From a virus (taxonomy: Duplodnaviria; Caudoviricetes), in the IMG/VR virus record IMGVR_UViG_3300036835_000563, positions 1-25,914 of that record: a stretch of DNA of 25,914 bases, one strand, 5' to 3'. Below, one piece after another: positions 1 through 7,552 of this stretch. The notes beneath the pieces were generated by a model. That model was not told the DNA's origin and did not search any database. It was given only the letters and a program-made list of their open reading frames with translations. Numbering within the stretch: the first letter of the stretch is position 1; every line of letters starts with the position of its first letter. The translations under genes and the position numbers were made by a program.

Positions 1-28
1 ATGTCCGATAACGTGTAGTATGTTCCCT
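1..28 (+). other. dif-like / att-like tyrosine recombinase core site (11-6-11)
   Basis: ATGTCCGATAA-CGTGTA-GTATGTTCCCT versus E. coli dif GGTGCGCATAA-TGTATA-TTATGTTAAAT; inner ATAA and TATGTT conserved, outer right arm degenerate. Confidence 0.55.
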
Positions 29-154
29 TGCCTGTACGGCAAACAAAGCACTTAACCGCATTCCGCAGTTGACCATATCGGGAACCACAACAGGTTGTGC
101 TTTGCGCCGCCAAGTTCGCCCCATCTTCGCTCTCGAACGTCTCGGTATCCCCGC

Positions 155-160
155 TATACT
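155..160 (+). promoter_or_regulatory. -10 box (TATACT) 6 nt before ATG167, probable leaderless promoter
   Basis: ccgcTATACTcgaaccATG; no Shine-Dalgarno sequence. Confidence 0.5.
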
Positions 161-166
161 CGAACC

Positions 167-385
167 ATGCCACACGCCGAAGCCTTGCAGGTCTTCTATG
201 GTTCTCTTCCCGTCGCACTCCTGCTGGTCGCCGTCTACTTCCGCAATGAAACACTGCTCAAGAATATTCTGGAACGTCTGACGGCACTCGAAACGCGCGT
301 GAACGGTATCTATGACTGGATGGTGAAAGTGGAGCATCGCTTAACCGTGCTCGAAACACGCGCTGGCGTCATCTATCACGAGTAA
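167..385 (+). CDS. Small membrane-anchored coiled-coil protein (72 aa), antisense moron-like gene
   Basis: MPHAEALQVFYGSLPVALLLVAVYF hydrophobic N-terminus plus heptad region (ERLTALETRV...HRLTVLETR); similar to 20219..20434; start moved from 95 to ATG167. Confidence 0.75.
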   Translation: MPHAEALQVFYGSLPVALLLVAVYFRNETLLKNILERLTALETRVNGIYDWMVKVEHRLTVLETRAGVIYHE

Positions 386-393
386 AGCCCCAT

Positions 394-576
394 TCACCAG
401 TCCGCCGGCCACTTCTCCGCCTTGCCCAGCGCTTCGAGAATCGCTTCCCGGATACGCACCAGGTATTTTATCCGTTCTACCGTCAGTTGCTCTTCGAGCA
501 AAACCGAATCGATAAGCGCCGTCACCACACCCCAATCATGTGCGGGAAGTTTAACGCCAATGGCCTTTTCGCTCAT
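394..576 (-). CDS. Hypothetical protein (60 aa, MSEKAIGVKL...)
   Basis: ATGA overlap with the upstream 573..752 gene; amphipathic helical sequence. Confidence 0.6.
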   Translation of the reverse strand: MSEKAIGVKLPAHDWGVVTALIDSVLLEEQLTVERIKYLVRIREAILEALGKAEKWPADW

Positions 577-752
577 CCACCGGCACCCCGCACAAGAAAC
601 ACCAGGTAACCGAGAATAGAAGCCAGCACCAGCGCTGCCAGCACCGCCACCACGCCCGCGCCTGGCACGAGCAAGGCGCCTAGCAAGAGCGCCGCATCCA
701 CAAATGCCACCAGCCCGAGCACCACGACCGTAACGAGTGAGACGCGTGTCAT
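573..752 (-). CDS. Two-TM small membrane protein, holin candidate (59 aa, not in ORF track)
   Basis: Manual translation MTRVSLVTVVVLGLVAFVDAALLLGALLVPGAGVVAVLAALVLASILGYLVFLVRGAGG*; starts 4 nt after the fibre stop; TGA overlaps the next ATG. Confidence 0.65.
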   Translation of the reverse strand: MTRVSLVTVVVLGLVAFVDAALLLGALLVPGAGVVAVLAALVLASILGYLVFLVRGAGG

Positions 753-755
753 TGC

Positions 756-2495
756 TCAACAGAAATACGTCGCAAACAAATAAATTTCGTAGGTAATGCT
801 CGCTTGAATCACGCCGCCGGTATATTCCGGCACCACGGTAAAGCCGCCGCCGCCCGGATCGAGCCAGCAGACGCCCGGCTGCCAGGCCGGTTTATTCACA
901 TTGACGGTGCAGGGTATCCGGATACTCGCCCAGTTCTGCGGCGCCACTGGTGGATTCGTAACGTTGAAAAAAATGCTGCCACTGCCGCCGAGTTTAATCG
1001 TAAAGCGCGTGGTACACCAGCAAACCGGTCCGAACCGTAGATACTTGCCATACACAACAGAGGAAGCGGCAATCGTCATACTGCCGCCCGGTCCAAATTG
1101 CGGAGTCCAGTCGAGCAAAGCGCCTAAATTCACCTGATCCGGTGCGCTGAACGTGGCCGCGCCATCCAGCCGTAGGCCGCCGGTCACACGCAGACTGGAA
1201 GCCATTTCGAGCCAGTCCCCATTCGCCGCATCCGCCACCGTGACACGTGGCCCATCGGGAAAATCCGGCGCCTGAAAATCAAGCGTCATCGTTTTCCCGA
1301 GCGCGCTCGTTAGCGTGAGTGCCGACAAATCCGTCAGCGATGCTGGATCGCCTTTATCGCCCTTATCGCCTTTCGGTCCTTGTGGTCCCTCCGGTCCTTC
1401 CGGTCCCGGATCACCCTGCGGTCCTTGCGCACCGGTATCGCCGGGATCGCCTTTCGGCCCTTGCGGTCCCATATCACCGGGCGGCCCTTGCGCGCCGGCC
1501 GCTCCGGTATCACCCTTCGGCCCCTGCGCACCCGCGGCGCCGGGATCGCCTTTCGGCCCTTGCGCGCCGGCCGCTCCGGTATCACCCTTCGGTCCTTGCG
1601 TACCCGCGGCGCCCGGATCCCCTTTCGGTCCCTGCGCACCGGCTGGCCCTGGATCGCCTGGCGGCCCTTGCGCACCCGCGGCGCCGGTATTGCCGGGATC
1701 GCCTTTCGGTCCCTGCGGCCCTTGCGGTCCCGGATCGCCGGCCGGACCCTGCACCGGTCCGGTATCGGCCCATTCACTCCCGCTCCACACCCAGAGATGG
1801 CCGTTATCTTCCGTGATATAGGCATCGCCCGTTGCCGCGCCCGCGGCCGGCAAATCCGCCGCTGTCGCCACCACACCCTGTAATTCGATGCCCGTTCCTT
1901 CCGGTCCTTGTGGCCCTTGCGGTCCCGGATCACCCGGCGGCCCTTGCGGTCCCGGATCGCCCGCCGGCCCCGTGTCACCGGCCGGGCCCGGAGGTCCCTC
2001 CGGACCCGGAATGCCGCCTTCTTCGATGAAGGTATCAATCTGCTCCTGCATCGCTTCGACTTCCGCATCCACCGTGCGCATCCAGGTTTCGTACGGTCCA
2101 GGCGGTTCGACCGGCGCATCATCGAGCGGCGCCACCACGCGATAGACGAAACCAGGGAAAGTTAATTTTTCGCTCGACGTTTCCACATCGACGCTAGCCG
2201 AGCAGGTGCCCGGAACCGAGATTTCACTGCCCACGATGTCATAGGCAATCGAACCGCTCACGGCATCCACAACGCGCGCCGGACTGCGATCGATGACTCC
2301 ATCCGGCCGCTCGAAATTGAGATAAACAACGGCTTGCTCGCCGATGACATACGGCCGGTTGCGCGCCGTCAGAGACAGCCGCAGCGGATAGGTATCCTGA
2401 TCGCCGCGGTAGTAAACCAGCTCCGTCGCCTTCGGACATTCCACCGCGTACAGCTCGAGACGTACATCGTAGGGTTTATCTTGTATCATCGTCAT
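756..2495 (-). CDS. Tail fibre: BppU-like N-terminal baseplate domain + collagen Gly-X-Y repeats + C-terminal receptor-binding domain
   Basis: N-terminal '[22 protein letters not shown]' BppU_N-like pattern; two long GXY tracts; beta-rich C-terminus. Confidence 0.85.
   Translation of the reverse strand: MTMIQDKPYDVRLELYAVECPKATELVYYRGDQDTYPLRLSLTARNRPYVIGEQAVVYLNFERPDGVIDRSPARVVDAVSGSIAYDIVGSEISVPGTCSASVDVETSSEKLTFPGFVYRVVAPLDDAPVEPPGPYETWMRTVDAEVEAMQEQIDTFIEEGGIPGPEGPPGPAGDTGPAGDPGPQGPPGDPGPQGPQGPEGTGIELQGVVATAADLPAAGAATGDAYITEDNGHLWVWSGSEWADTGPVQGPAGDPGPQGPQGPKGDPGNTGAAGAQGPPGDPGPAGAQGPKGDPGAAGTQGPKGDTGAAGAQGPKGDPGAAGAQGPKGDTGAAGAQGPPGDMGPQGPKGDPGDTGAQGPQGDPGPEGPEGPQGPKGDKGDKGDPASLTDLSALTLTSALGKTMTLDFQAPDFPDGPRVTVADAANGDWLEMASSLRVTGGLRLDGAATFSAPDQVNLGALLDWTPQFGPGGSMTIAASSVVYGKYLRFGPVCWCTTRFTIKLGGSGSIFFNVTNPPVAPQNWASIRIPCTVNVNKPAWQPGVCWLDPGGGGFTVVPEYTGGVIQASITYEIYLFATYFC
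1345..2015 (-). repeat. Collagen-coding tandem repeats (~36-bp period, GAQGPKGD[P/T]GAA units)
   Basis: Repeated ccgggatcgcctttcggcccttgcgc-type units, interrupted by a ~50-aa non-collagen insert (approx. 1765-1895). Confidence 0.9.
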
Positions 2496-2704
2496 CCTTC
2501 CCCTTCCGCAGCCTGCGCCAGGTGATACACAAACTTCATCAGGTGCGCGCCCAACTCCGGCGATTCCCGCAACACGACCAGCAGCACCGCGACCGCTTCC
2601 CGTTCCGCCGGCGTGCGCGGAAACCAGGTCGCCGTTTCGAAGGCTTTTACATTCAGTGGCGGCCGGATCGGCCCTTCGGTCGGCCGCTTGCGTCCCTGCT
2701 TCAT
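2492..2704 (-). CDS. Hypothetical protein (70 aa)
   Basis: 4-nt overlaps with both neighbours (translational coupling). Confidence 0.6.
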   Translation of the reverse strand: MKQGRKRPTEGPIRPPLNVKAFETATWFPRTPAEREAVAVLLVVLRESPELGAHLMKFVYHLAQAAEGEG

Positions 2705-2928
2705 GAAGGCCGTCCCTTCTCCTGCAGAACGGCCGGCTCCAGTTCGCGCAACTTGGTACTAATCAATTCGATCAATTCCTGCTCGGCTGGCGTTAACTTC
2801 CACGGCTCTCCCTGCAACGTCAGGCGCAGCACGCCGCCGCGCGCGCAGACATGCCGGCACAACTGATGAATGCGCCAGCCCCAGAAACCAACTGGCAGTG
2901 TTGTCAGAAAGCACCGGCGCAGCATCAT
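2701..2928 (-). CDS. Hypothetical protein (75 aa) with RRxFL N-terminus
   Basis: 4-nt overlaps with both neighbours. Confidence 0.6.
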   Translation of the reverse strand: MMLRRCFLTTLPVGFWGWRIHQLCRHVCARGGVLRLTLQGEPWKLTPAEQELIELISTKLRELEPAVLQEKGRPS

Positions 2929-5087
2929 TGCACAAACCCCCGTTCGCGCATGGCCTCGAGCGCCTGCGGATTGATCCAGACCGGCCGGCCGTCATCGTCA
3001 CACGCCGCATGGAAACCTTCCTGCTCGAGCAGGTGCACGATGCGCCGCTGCATGTCGCGCGTCTGCAGATGTACCGGAACCGCGCAGGCCTCGAGAAATT
3101 GATAGACCGAGAGTTCCGGATGCTGCCTGGCGTAGTAACGGATTTTTTCGGACCACGGATCACTCACCAGCCGCGCCTGCTGCTCCCGTTCAAACAGCGC
3201 CCGTGTCTCGGCTTTGGGCCACCAGCACACCTGCGCACGAAACAGAGACAGCGCTTCCGCCCAGATCTGCCAGCGATCGCGCTCGAGCGCCGCACGATCG
3301 ACCGCGCCCGTCGCCACCGGCCAGGCCAGGCGCGCGCCTTCTTCGTACAGATAATGCCGTTCCGCCACCGTTCCGAAAAACACGCACTGCCGCGGATAAC
3401 TGATCTTGCCCCAGCGCGTATGAGGCGGCCGGTACTGATCGAGCGGCCGCATGAGAAACTGGCGTGCCTGTTCATACTGCAACTGGCGGCCGGCATCGGC
3501 CAGCGCCACCAGCCACACGCCGCGCAACTGCTCCGCGGCCGCCTGCCACTCGAAGCGCGAAGGCAGTTGGGCCAAAAGATAGGAGGCGTCGCCCGCCAGC
3601 ACTTCCGCGGCGCGCTCGAGCTGCGCCGGCTGCGCGCCTTCCAACATCAGAATGCTTTCGACCGCGATCCCTGGCCGGAAGAGACGCGCAATGGCACCCA
3701 CAAACCAAGCCACCGCGCATTCATCCCAGTACAAAGCCTGATCTTCGGCGTAACGATGTTGCGCCCGCGATTCTGCACCAAAATAGTGCAGAAAAAAATT
3801 CTCCTGGAGGCGTTTCACACCATCCCAGCGTTCCGCTTCGATGCGTTCCCGCAGCGGATGCATCGCTTGCGAGCGCGCGACCAGCTCCACCGCGGCGCGC
3901 GCCACACCTTCCGGCAGCGTGGGCGTCAAGGTGCGTTGCAGCCACGTCAGGATGGAAAAGAAACGCTGCTCCTCGAGTTCGCCAGCGTGAATGCCGGCCG
4001 GCAGGCCTTTCTCGAGCACAATCTTTTCTCGAAACGCGTCATAGCGCAGTTTGCCGGTCCAGTCCGGATGTTCGCGTAAAGCGCACGCTGCATTCGCGAC
4101 ATTCGGATGCGGCCGGCGCAGCCGGTTGAGTGTCAGGCCCTCGCGCCAGACCTCCTGTTCGTTCGCCTGGTCGGCCGCCGCTGCCGCCAGGCCCAGCACC
4201 GCCGGCGATTCAATGCGGCCCCAATGCGCGCACCGGGAGCAGTACTCGTCGCCGAAATCGTTGCGTACCCGTTGACAGGTCACCGGTCCGGCATCTGCTA
4301 ACGCATGCCGGATTTTTTTCTGTGTGTCGCCGCGCCGGTAACCGGCATGCGGCCGGCTAAAGGTATGCGCCGCTTCGTCTCCGTCTTTGGTGCGCGCAAC
4401 GACCGATAGCATGGCGTACCATTCCGGTTCGGCGAGCGTGGCCGCATCGTCGCGTGTATGCCGCAGCCAGGCGCAACCCTCGAGAATCGGACCCAGCAAC
4501 GGCGCCGGCCCCTTCGCTTTTTGCTCGGCACGTTCTGGCGCCACTTCTTTTGCGGCCGCCTGGCGCCAGGCTTCCGGCAACTCGGCCAGCGCCACAAACC
4601 AGCCCTGCAATCCATCCCAGGTATATTCGAGGCCCGTATCCGGATGGATCGACGGAGGTGCTACGACATACGTGCCGGCTGCGCGCAGATCGACATGCGG
4701 CGCCAGGCGCCCGCGCGCTTCGAAATCGACCGGCACACGAAAATAGAAATGCGTGCCGCCGGTTCCCGTCGAAACGGTACGCGTCTCCGGCAGCTTGCCG
4801 TACTTCTGCTCGAGCCCGAAGAATTCCTCGCGGCCCGGTTTCGCGTGACTCACATCGACATCGATCACGAGCAGGCCGGCTCCGGCCGCCAGACCGATAT
4901 TCGCCTGCGGTTCCCGCTGCCACCACTGCCGGATTTGAAATTCATCCGTCGTCGCATCGAGCACGCCGCGGCCGCCTTCGCGTTCGGGAATCAGCGGTAC
5001 TTTCGCACGCACGCCAAGCGGCAGGACACGCAGCCCGGCCCGCGCATAGGCCAGCGCGGCACGGAGCAAACGGTTCATTTCCGCCAT
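2925..5087 (-). CDS. Bifunctional DNA primase/polymerase (Prim-Pol) + Cys-rich primase C-terminal domain + VirE/VapE-like helicase domain with degenerate ATPase motifs
   Basis: ALAYARAG..K.P, DATTD, WW...P.ANIG, VIDVD, TGTGGTHFYF, YVVAPPSIH; C-terminal HPLRE..WDG..R, YRPP, RQCVF.GT, R.QIWAEA, EQ..R...DPW. Confidence 0.9.
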   Translation of the reverse strand: MAEMNRLLRAALAYARAGLRVLPLGVRAKVPLIPEREGGRGVLDATTDEFQIRQWWQREPQANIGLAAGAGLLVIDVDVSHAKPGREEFFGLEQKYGKLPETRTVSTGTGGTHFYFRVPVDFEARGRLAPHVDLRAAGTYVVAPPSIHPDTGLEYTWDGLQGWFVALAELPEAWRQAAAKEVAPERAEQKAKGPAPLLGPILEGCAWLRHTRDDAATLAEPEWYAMLSVVARTKDGDEAAHTFSRPHAGYRRGDTQKKIRHALADAGPVTCQRVRNDFGDEYCSRCAHWGRIESPAVLGLAAAAADQANEQEVWREGLTLNRLRRPHPNVANAACALREHPDWTGKLRYDAFREKIVLEKGLPAGIHAGELEEQRFFSILTWLQRTLTPTLPEGVARAAVELVARSQAMHPLRERIEAERWDGVKRLQENFFLHYFGAESRAQHRYAEDQALYWDECAVAWFVGAIARLFRPGIAVESILMLEGAQPAQLERAAEVLAGDASYLLAQLPSRFEWQAAAEQLRGVWLVALADAGRQLQYEQARQFLMRPLDQYRPPHTRWGKISYPRQCVFFGTVAERHYLYEEGARLAWPVATGAVDRAALERDRWQIWAEALSLFRAQVCWWPKAETRALFEREQQARLVSDPWSEKIRYYARQHPELSVYQFLEACAVPVHLQTRDMQRRIVHLLEQEGFHAACDDDGRPVWINPQALEAMRERGFVQ

Positions 5088-5096
5088 ACCAAACCC

Positions 5097-5507
5097 CTAC
5101 CCCGCCCGTTCCGCTGCAACCTGGCGCGTCCTGGCGTCAGGATTTGCAGGAGATGGACCGGACTTCGGATGCCGGCGCACCCATTCCTGCAACTGGCGCC
5201 GAATCTCGCCATCGATTTCTTCCTGCCGCTGGCCTTGATAATCGAAGGCCCGCCAGTCGGTGATTTGTTCTTCGAACAATTTCGTCACTGCCACCGCCAG
5301 CGGAATGAGCGCGTCTTTTCGCGTCAACGTCTCCGGCGCACCTTCCCAGTAAGCAGCCCAGCGCTTCGCGCCGATGGCCACCCGTTCCAGCCGCACCGGC
5401 ACCGGTTGCGCGAAACGCAGAGCGAGCAGATTGCCGGTCCCGGAGCGCGGCTGCCGGAAGAACGCGCCTACGAAATGGATGTTCGCCGGTACCCCTAAGC
5501 GCGGCAT
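5097..5507 (-). CDS. Hypothetical protein (start likely ATG5507, MPRLGVP...)
   Basis: GGAGG upstream of ATG5507; fills the gap between neighbours. Confidence 0.6.
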   Translation of the reverse strand: MPRLGVPANIHFVGAFFRQPRSGTGNLLALRFAQPVPVRLERVAIGAKRWAAYWEGAPETLTRKDALIPLAVAVTKLFEEQITDWRAFDYQGQRQEEIDGEIRRQLQEWVRRHPKSGPSPANPDARTRQVAAERAG

Positions 5508-5511
5508 CGCT

Positions 5512-5709
5512 TTAAGAACCCTCCATTCCGCGCCGCTCGCGCCGCCAGGCCTCGAGCACCGCCTGCAGCCGCGTTTCGAGCGCATACCAGTCGAGATCGC
5601 GCGCTGCTTCCGGATGAAAGATGGAAGCCTCGCTCACCGCGGTAAATAAGGCCACCAGCTCCGCCGGCGAAAATTCGAGCGCAATCAGTTTTTCATCCGC
5701 ACTGCTCAT
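5512..5709 (-). CDS. Hypothetical protein (65 aa)
   Basis: 4-nt overlap with the upstream gene; helical sequence. Confidence 0.6.
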   Translation of the reverse strand: MSSADEKLIALEFSPAELVALFTAVSEASIFHPEAARDLDWYALETRLQAVLEAWRRERRGMEGS

Positions 5710-6998
5710 AAGCCCGAGGTACTCGCTGCCGTCGTCGCACTCACTTCCGCCGCAATCTGCGCCATGGCATCCGCCAGCGTCGGATTGTAATCACCCACTG
5801 TCAAACGCACCTCCGTGGTCGCCGCCCGGTCCGGCATCTGGCTGAGCACGACGCGCTGCACTTCCATTTCTTTCGCTTGCCAGCCGTAGCGCGCCGCCGT
5901 CAACCGCACCAGGCCGCCCGGCTGTGCACCGACCGTCCAGCAGACCAGCTCGCCGCGTTCATTCGGCGTCGAGGCGCGCGCCAGATCCGTCTGCGCAAAC
6001 GTGAGCGCGGTATCGGCATGCGTCACGCGCAGATCGTAATCGACCCACTGCAGCAGGCCGTAACGATCGATCGAATCCTGATCGTAGATATGCGCCGTCA
6101 CACCATCGCCCACAAACGTGACATCATTCGCCGGCGCAAAAAAATCCTCGCTATAGGATTCGACCCGGAACGACGGCTGGCCGGCTGTATCCGTCAACTC
6201 GAGAACCGGTATAGCCGGATTCTCGCCATAGGTAAATAAACCCTGCACATCGATGAACCAGACCCGGCCGGTCGCTTTCGCAACGGCATCCAGAATCTGC
6301 GTCACCGTCTGATATTCGAAATTCAGCTCGAGCACCGTCGTGTGCGCAATCGACCCCAGGCGCAGAATGGAAGGCGTTAAGCCGGTACCCGTCAGGACAT
6401 CGCGGATGATTTGATCGTCGTACCAGCCAAGCGTGGTATAGTCTTTCGTCCAGGTGCGCCCATCGGTGAACAGCCGGTAATCGCGGCAGGCATAGGAAAC
6501 TTCGACCGTGCCATCGAGCGCGCCCGCATCCGACATAGCGCGCGAAGCCACAAAGCCGGCAAACAGCGTCTGCGGAGCTCCGGCCGCCAGTTGCATCCGC
6601 GGCAGCGACCAGGGCGCAAACAGCGGAGCGCCGAGATAGACGGCATCCACGGCAATGTTGAAGACGGTATCCTCCACCGAGAATCCGCACTCAAACCAGA
6701 TTTCCGTCACGCGCTCGGAATCGAAGGCAGCCGAAGGCGCCGGCAGCCGGTCCGGGCCCAGCTTGTAGAAGATGAGATAGGGATTCGGCAAAGCATCCTG
6801 ATTACCGGAAATCTGTGAGCCGTACCAGCTCGCGCCCGCGGCATCCACCAGGCGCGCCCGAAAGAACCAGGCGCCGCCTGGCCCGCCTTTCGGCCATTCC
6901 ACCAGCAGCGACAGATAACAGTCCTGAAAATCGGTCGCCGCGAAATGCGCCAGCCGCACCTGGCCGCTCCCGTTCTTGCGATTGACCTGAATCAGCAA
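5706..6998 (-). CDS. Tail tip / baseplate hub-like protein with N-terminal jelly-roll (CBM-like) domain
   Basis: LFAGFV..CRDY, DQIIRDVL, LDAVAKATGRVWFID, DQDSIDRYG and PG..V.L patterns typical of siphovirus hub proteins; TTG start next to the upstream stop. Confidence 0.7.
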   Translation of the reverse strand: MLIQVNRKNGSGQVRLAHFAATDFQDCYLSLLVEWPKGGPGGAWFFRARLVDAAGASWYGSQISGNQDALPNPYLIFYKLGPDRLPAPSAAFDSERVTEIWFECGFSVEDTVFNIAVDAVYLGAPLFAPWSLPRMQLAAGAPQTLFAGFVASRAMSDAGALDGTVEVSYACRDYRLFTDGRTWTKDYTTLGWYDDQIIRDVLTGTGLTPSILRLGSIAHTTVLELNFEYQTVTQILDAVAKATGRVWFIDVQGLFTYGENPAIPVLELTDTAGQPSFRVESYSEDFFAPANDVTFVGDGVTAHIYDQDSIDRYGLLQWVDYDLRVTHADTALTFAQTDLARASTPNERGELVCWTVGAQPGGLVRLTAARYGWQAKEMEVQRVVLSQMPDRAATTEVRLTVGDYNPTLADAMAQIAAEVSATTAASTSGL

Positions 6999-7000
6999 AG

Positions 7001-7552
7001 TCAGCTCACCCGGTAACTCACGTTAAACATGCATTCGTTGACACCCGCCTCAAACGGGATACCGGCGCCGCCCGGCATACCCATGACCAGGCGTTTATTT
7101 GGCGCATCGACCCAGGCCGGCGTCAATAACCACTGCCCGCTTGGCACGAGCAGCGCCGCCGGCGCCAGGATTCCACCGGCAAAACCGGCCGGCGCCAGCG
7201 CCAGGCTGACGTAGACAAAAGCATCCAGCGTGCCGCCCAGCGTCACAAAGAAATGCAATTGCATCAGGCATTCCGCGCCGCGCCGCAAGTACTGCGCCGA
7301 AACCACCTGCAGCGCGCTCGCCGTCATGGCGCCCGCGGCCGTAATGGTAGGCGTGTAAGTTTGCCAGTCGGCGCCGAACTTGACCGTATCCGGCAGCGTG
7401 ACGATTCCCGTTGCCGTGAAATCGCCGACATTCGTTAAGGCATAGCCACCGGCATCCACATCGCCGCCCCAGAGCTGCAGGTTCTCGAGCAGCGCGTTGT
7501 ACTGATTCGCGGTCGAAGCTTCACCCGCTTGCACCGGCGCCGGCCAGCTCAT
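7001..7552 (-). CDS. Putative receptor-binding / minor tail protein (183 aa)
   Basis: N-terminus paralogous to 7549..8925; WQTYTP..YLRRG C-terminal domain similar to the fibre C-terminus. Confidence 0.7.
   Translation of the reverse strand: MSWPAPVQAGEASTANQYNALLENLQLWGGDVDAGGYALTNVGDFTATGIVTLPDTVKFGADWQTYTPTITAAGAMTASALQVVSAQYLRRGAECLMQLHFFVTLGGTLDAFVYVSLALAPAGFAGGILAPAALLVPSGQWLLTPAWVDAPNKRLVMGMPGGAGIPFEAGVNECMFNVSYRVS
7449..7472 (+). repeat. 24-bp direct repeat copy 1 (ccggcatccacatcgccgccccag)
   Basis: Identical to 8822..8845; encodes WGGDVDAG. Confidence 0.9.

Noticed and set aside
394-759. 121-aa ORF as given in the track
   Set aside because: Its N-terminal half is the off-frame reading of the 573..752 membrane gene; the real start is probably ATG576
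1345-2015. Possible CRISPR array
   Set aside because: Repeats are degenerate, codon-phased and lack unique spacers; no cas genes
1315-2165. Several long overlapping ORFs in other frames over the collagen region
   Set aside because: Shadow ORFs produced by the GC-rich Gly-X-Y repeat
5512-5709. Possible paralogy with 394..576 (EKLIALEF versus EKAIGVKL)
   Set aside because: Similarity too short to support by eye
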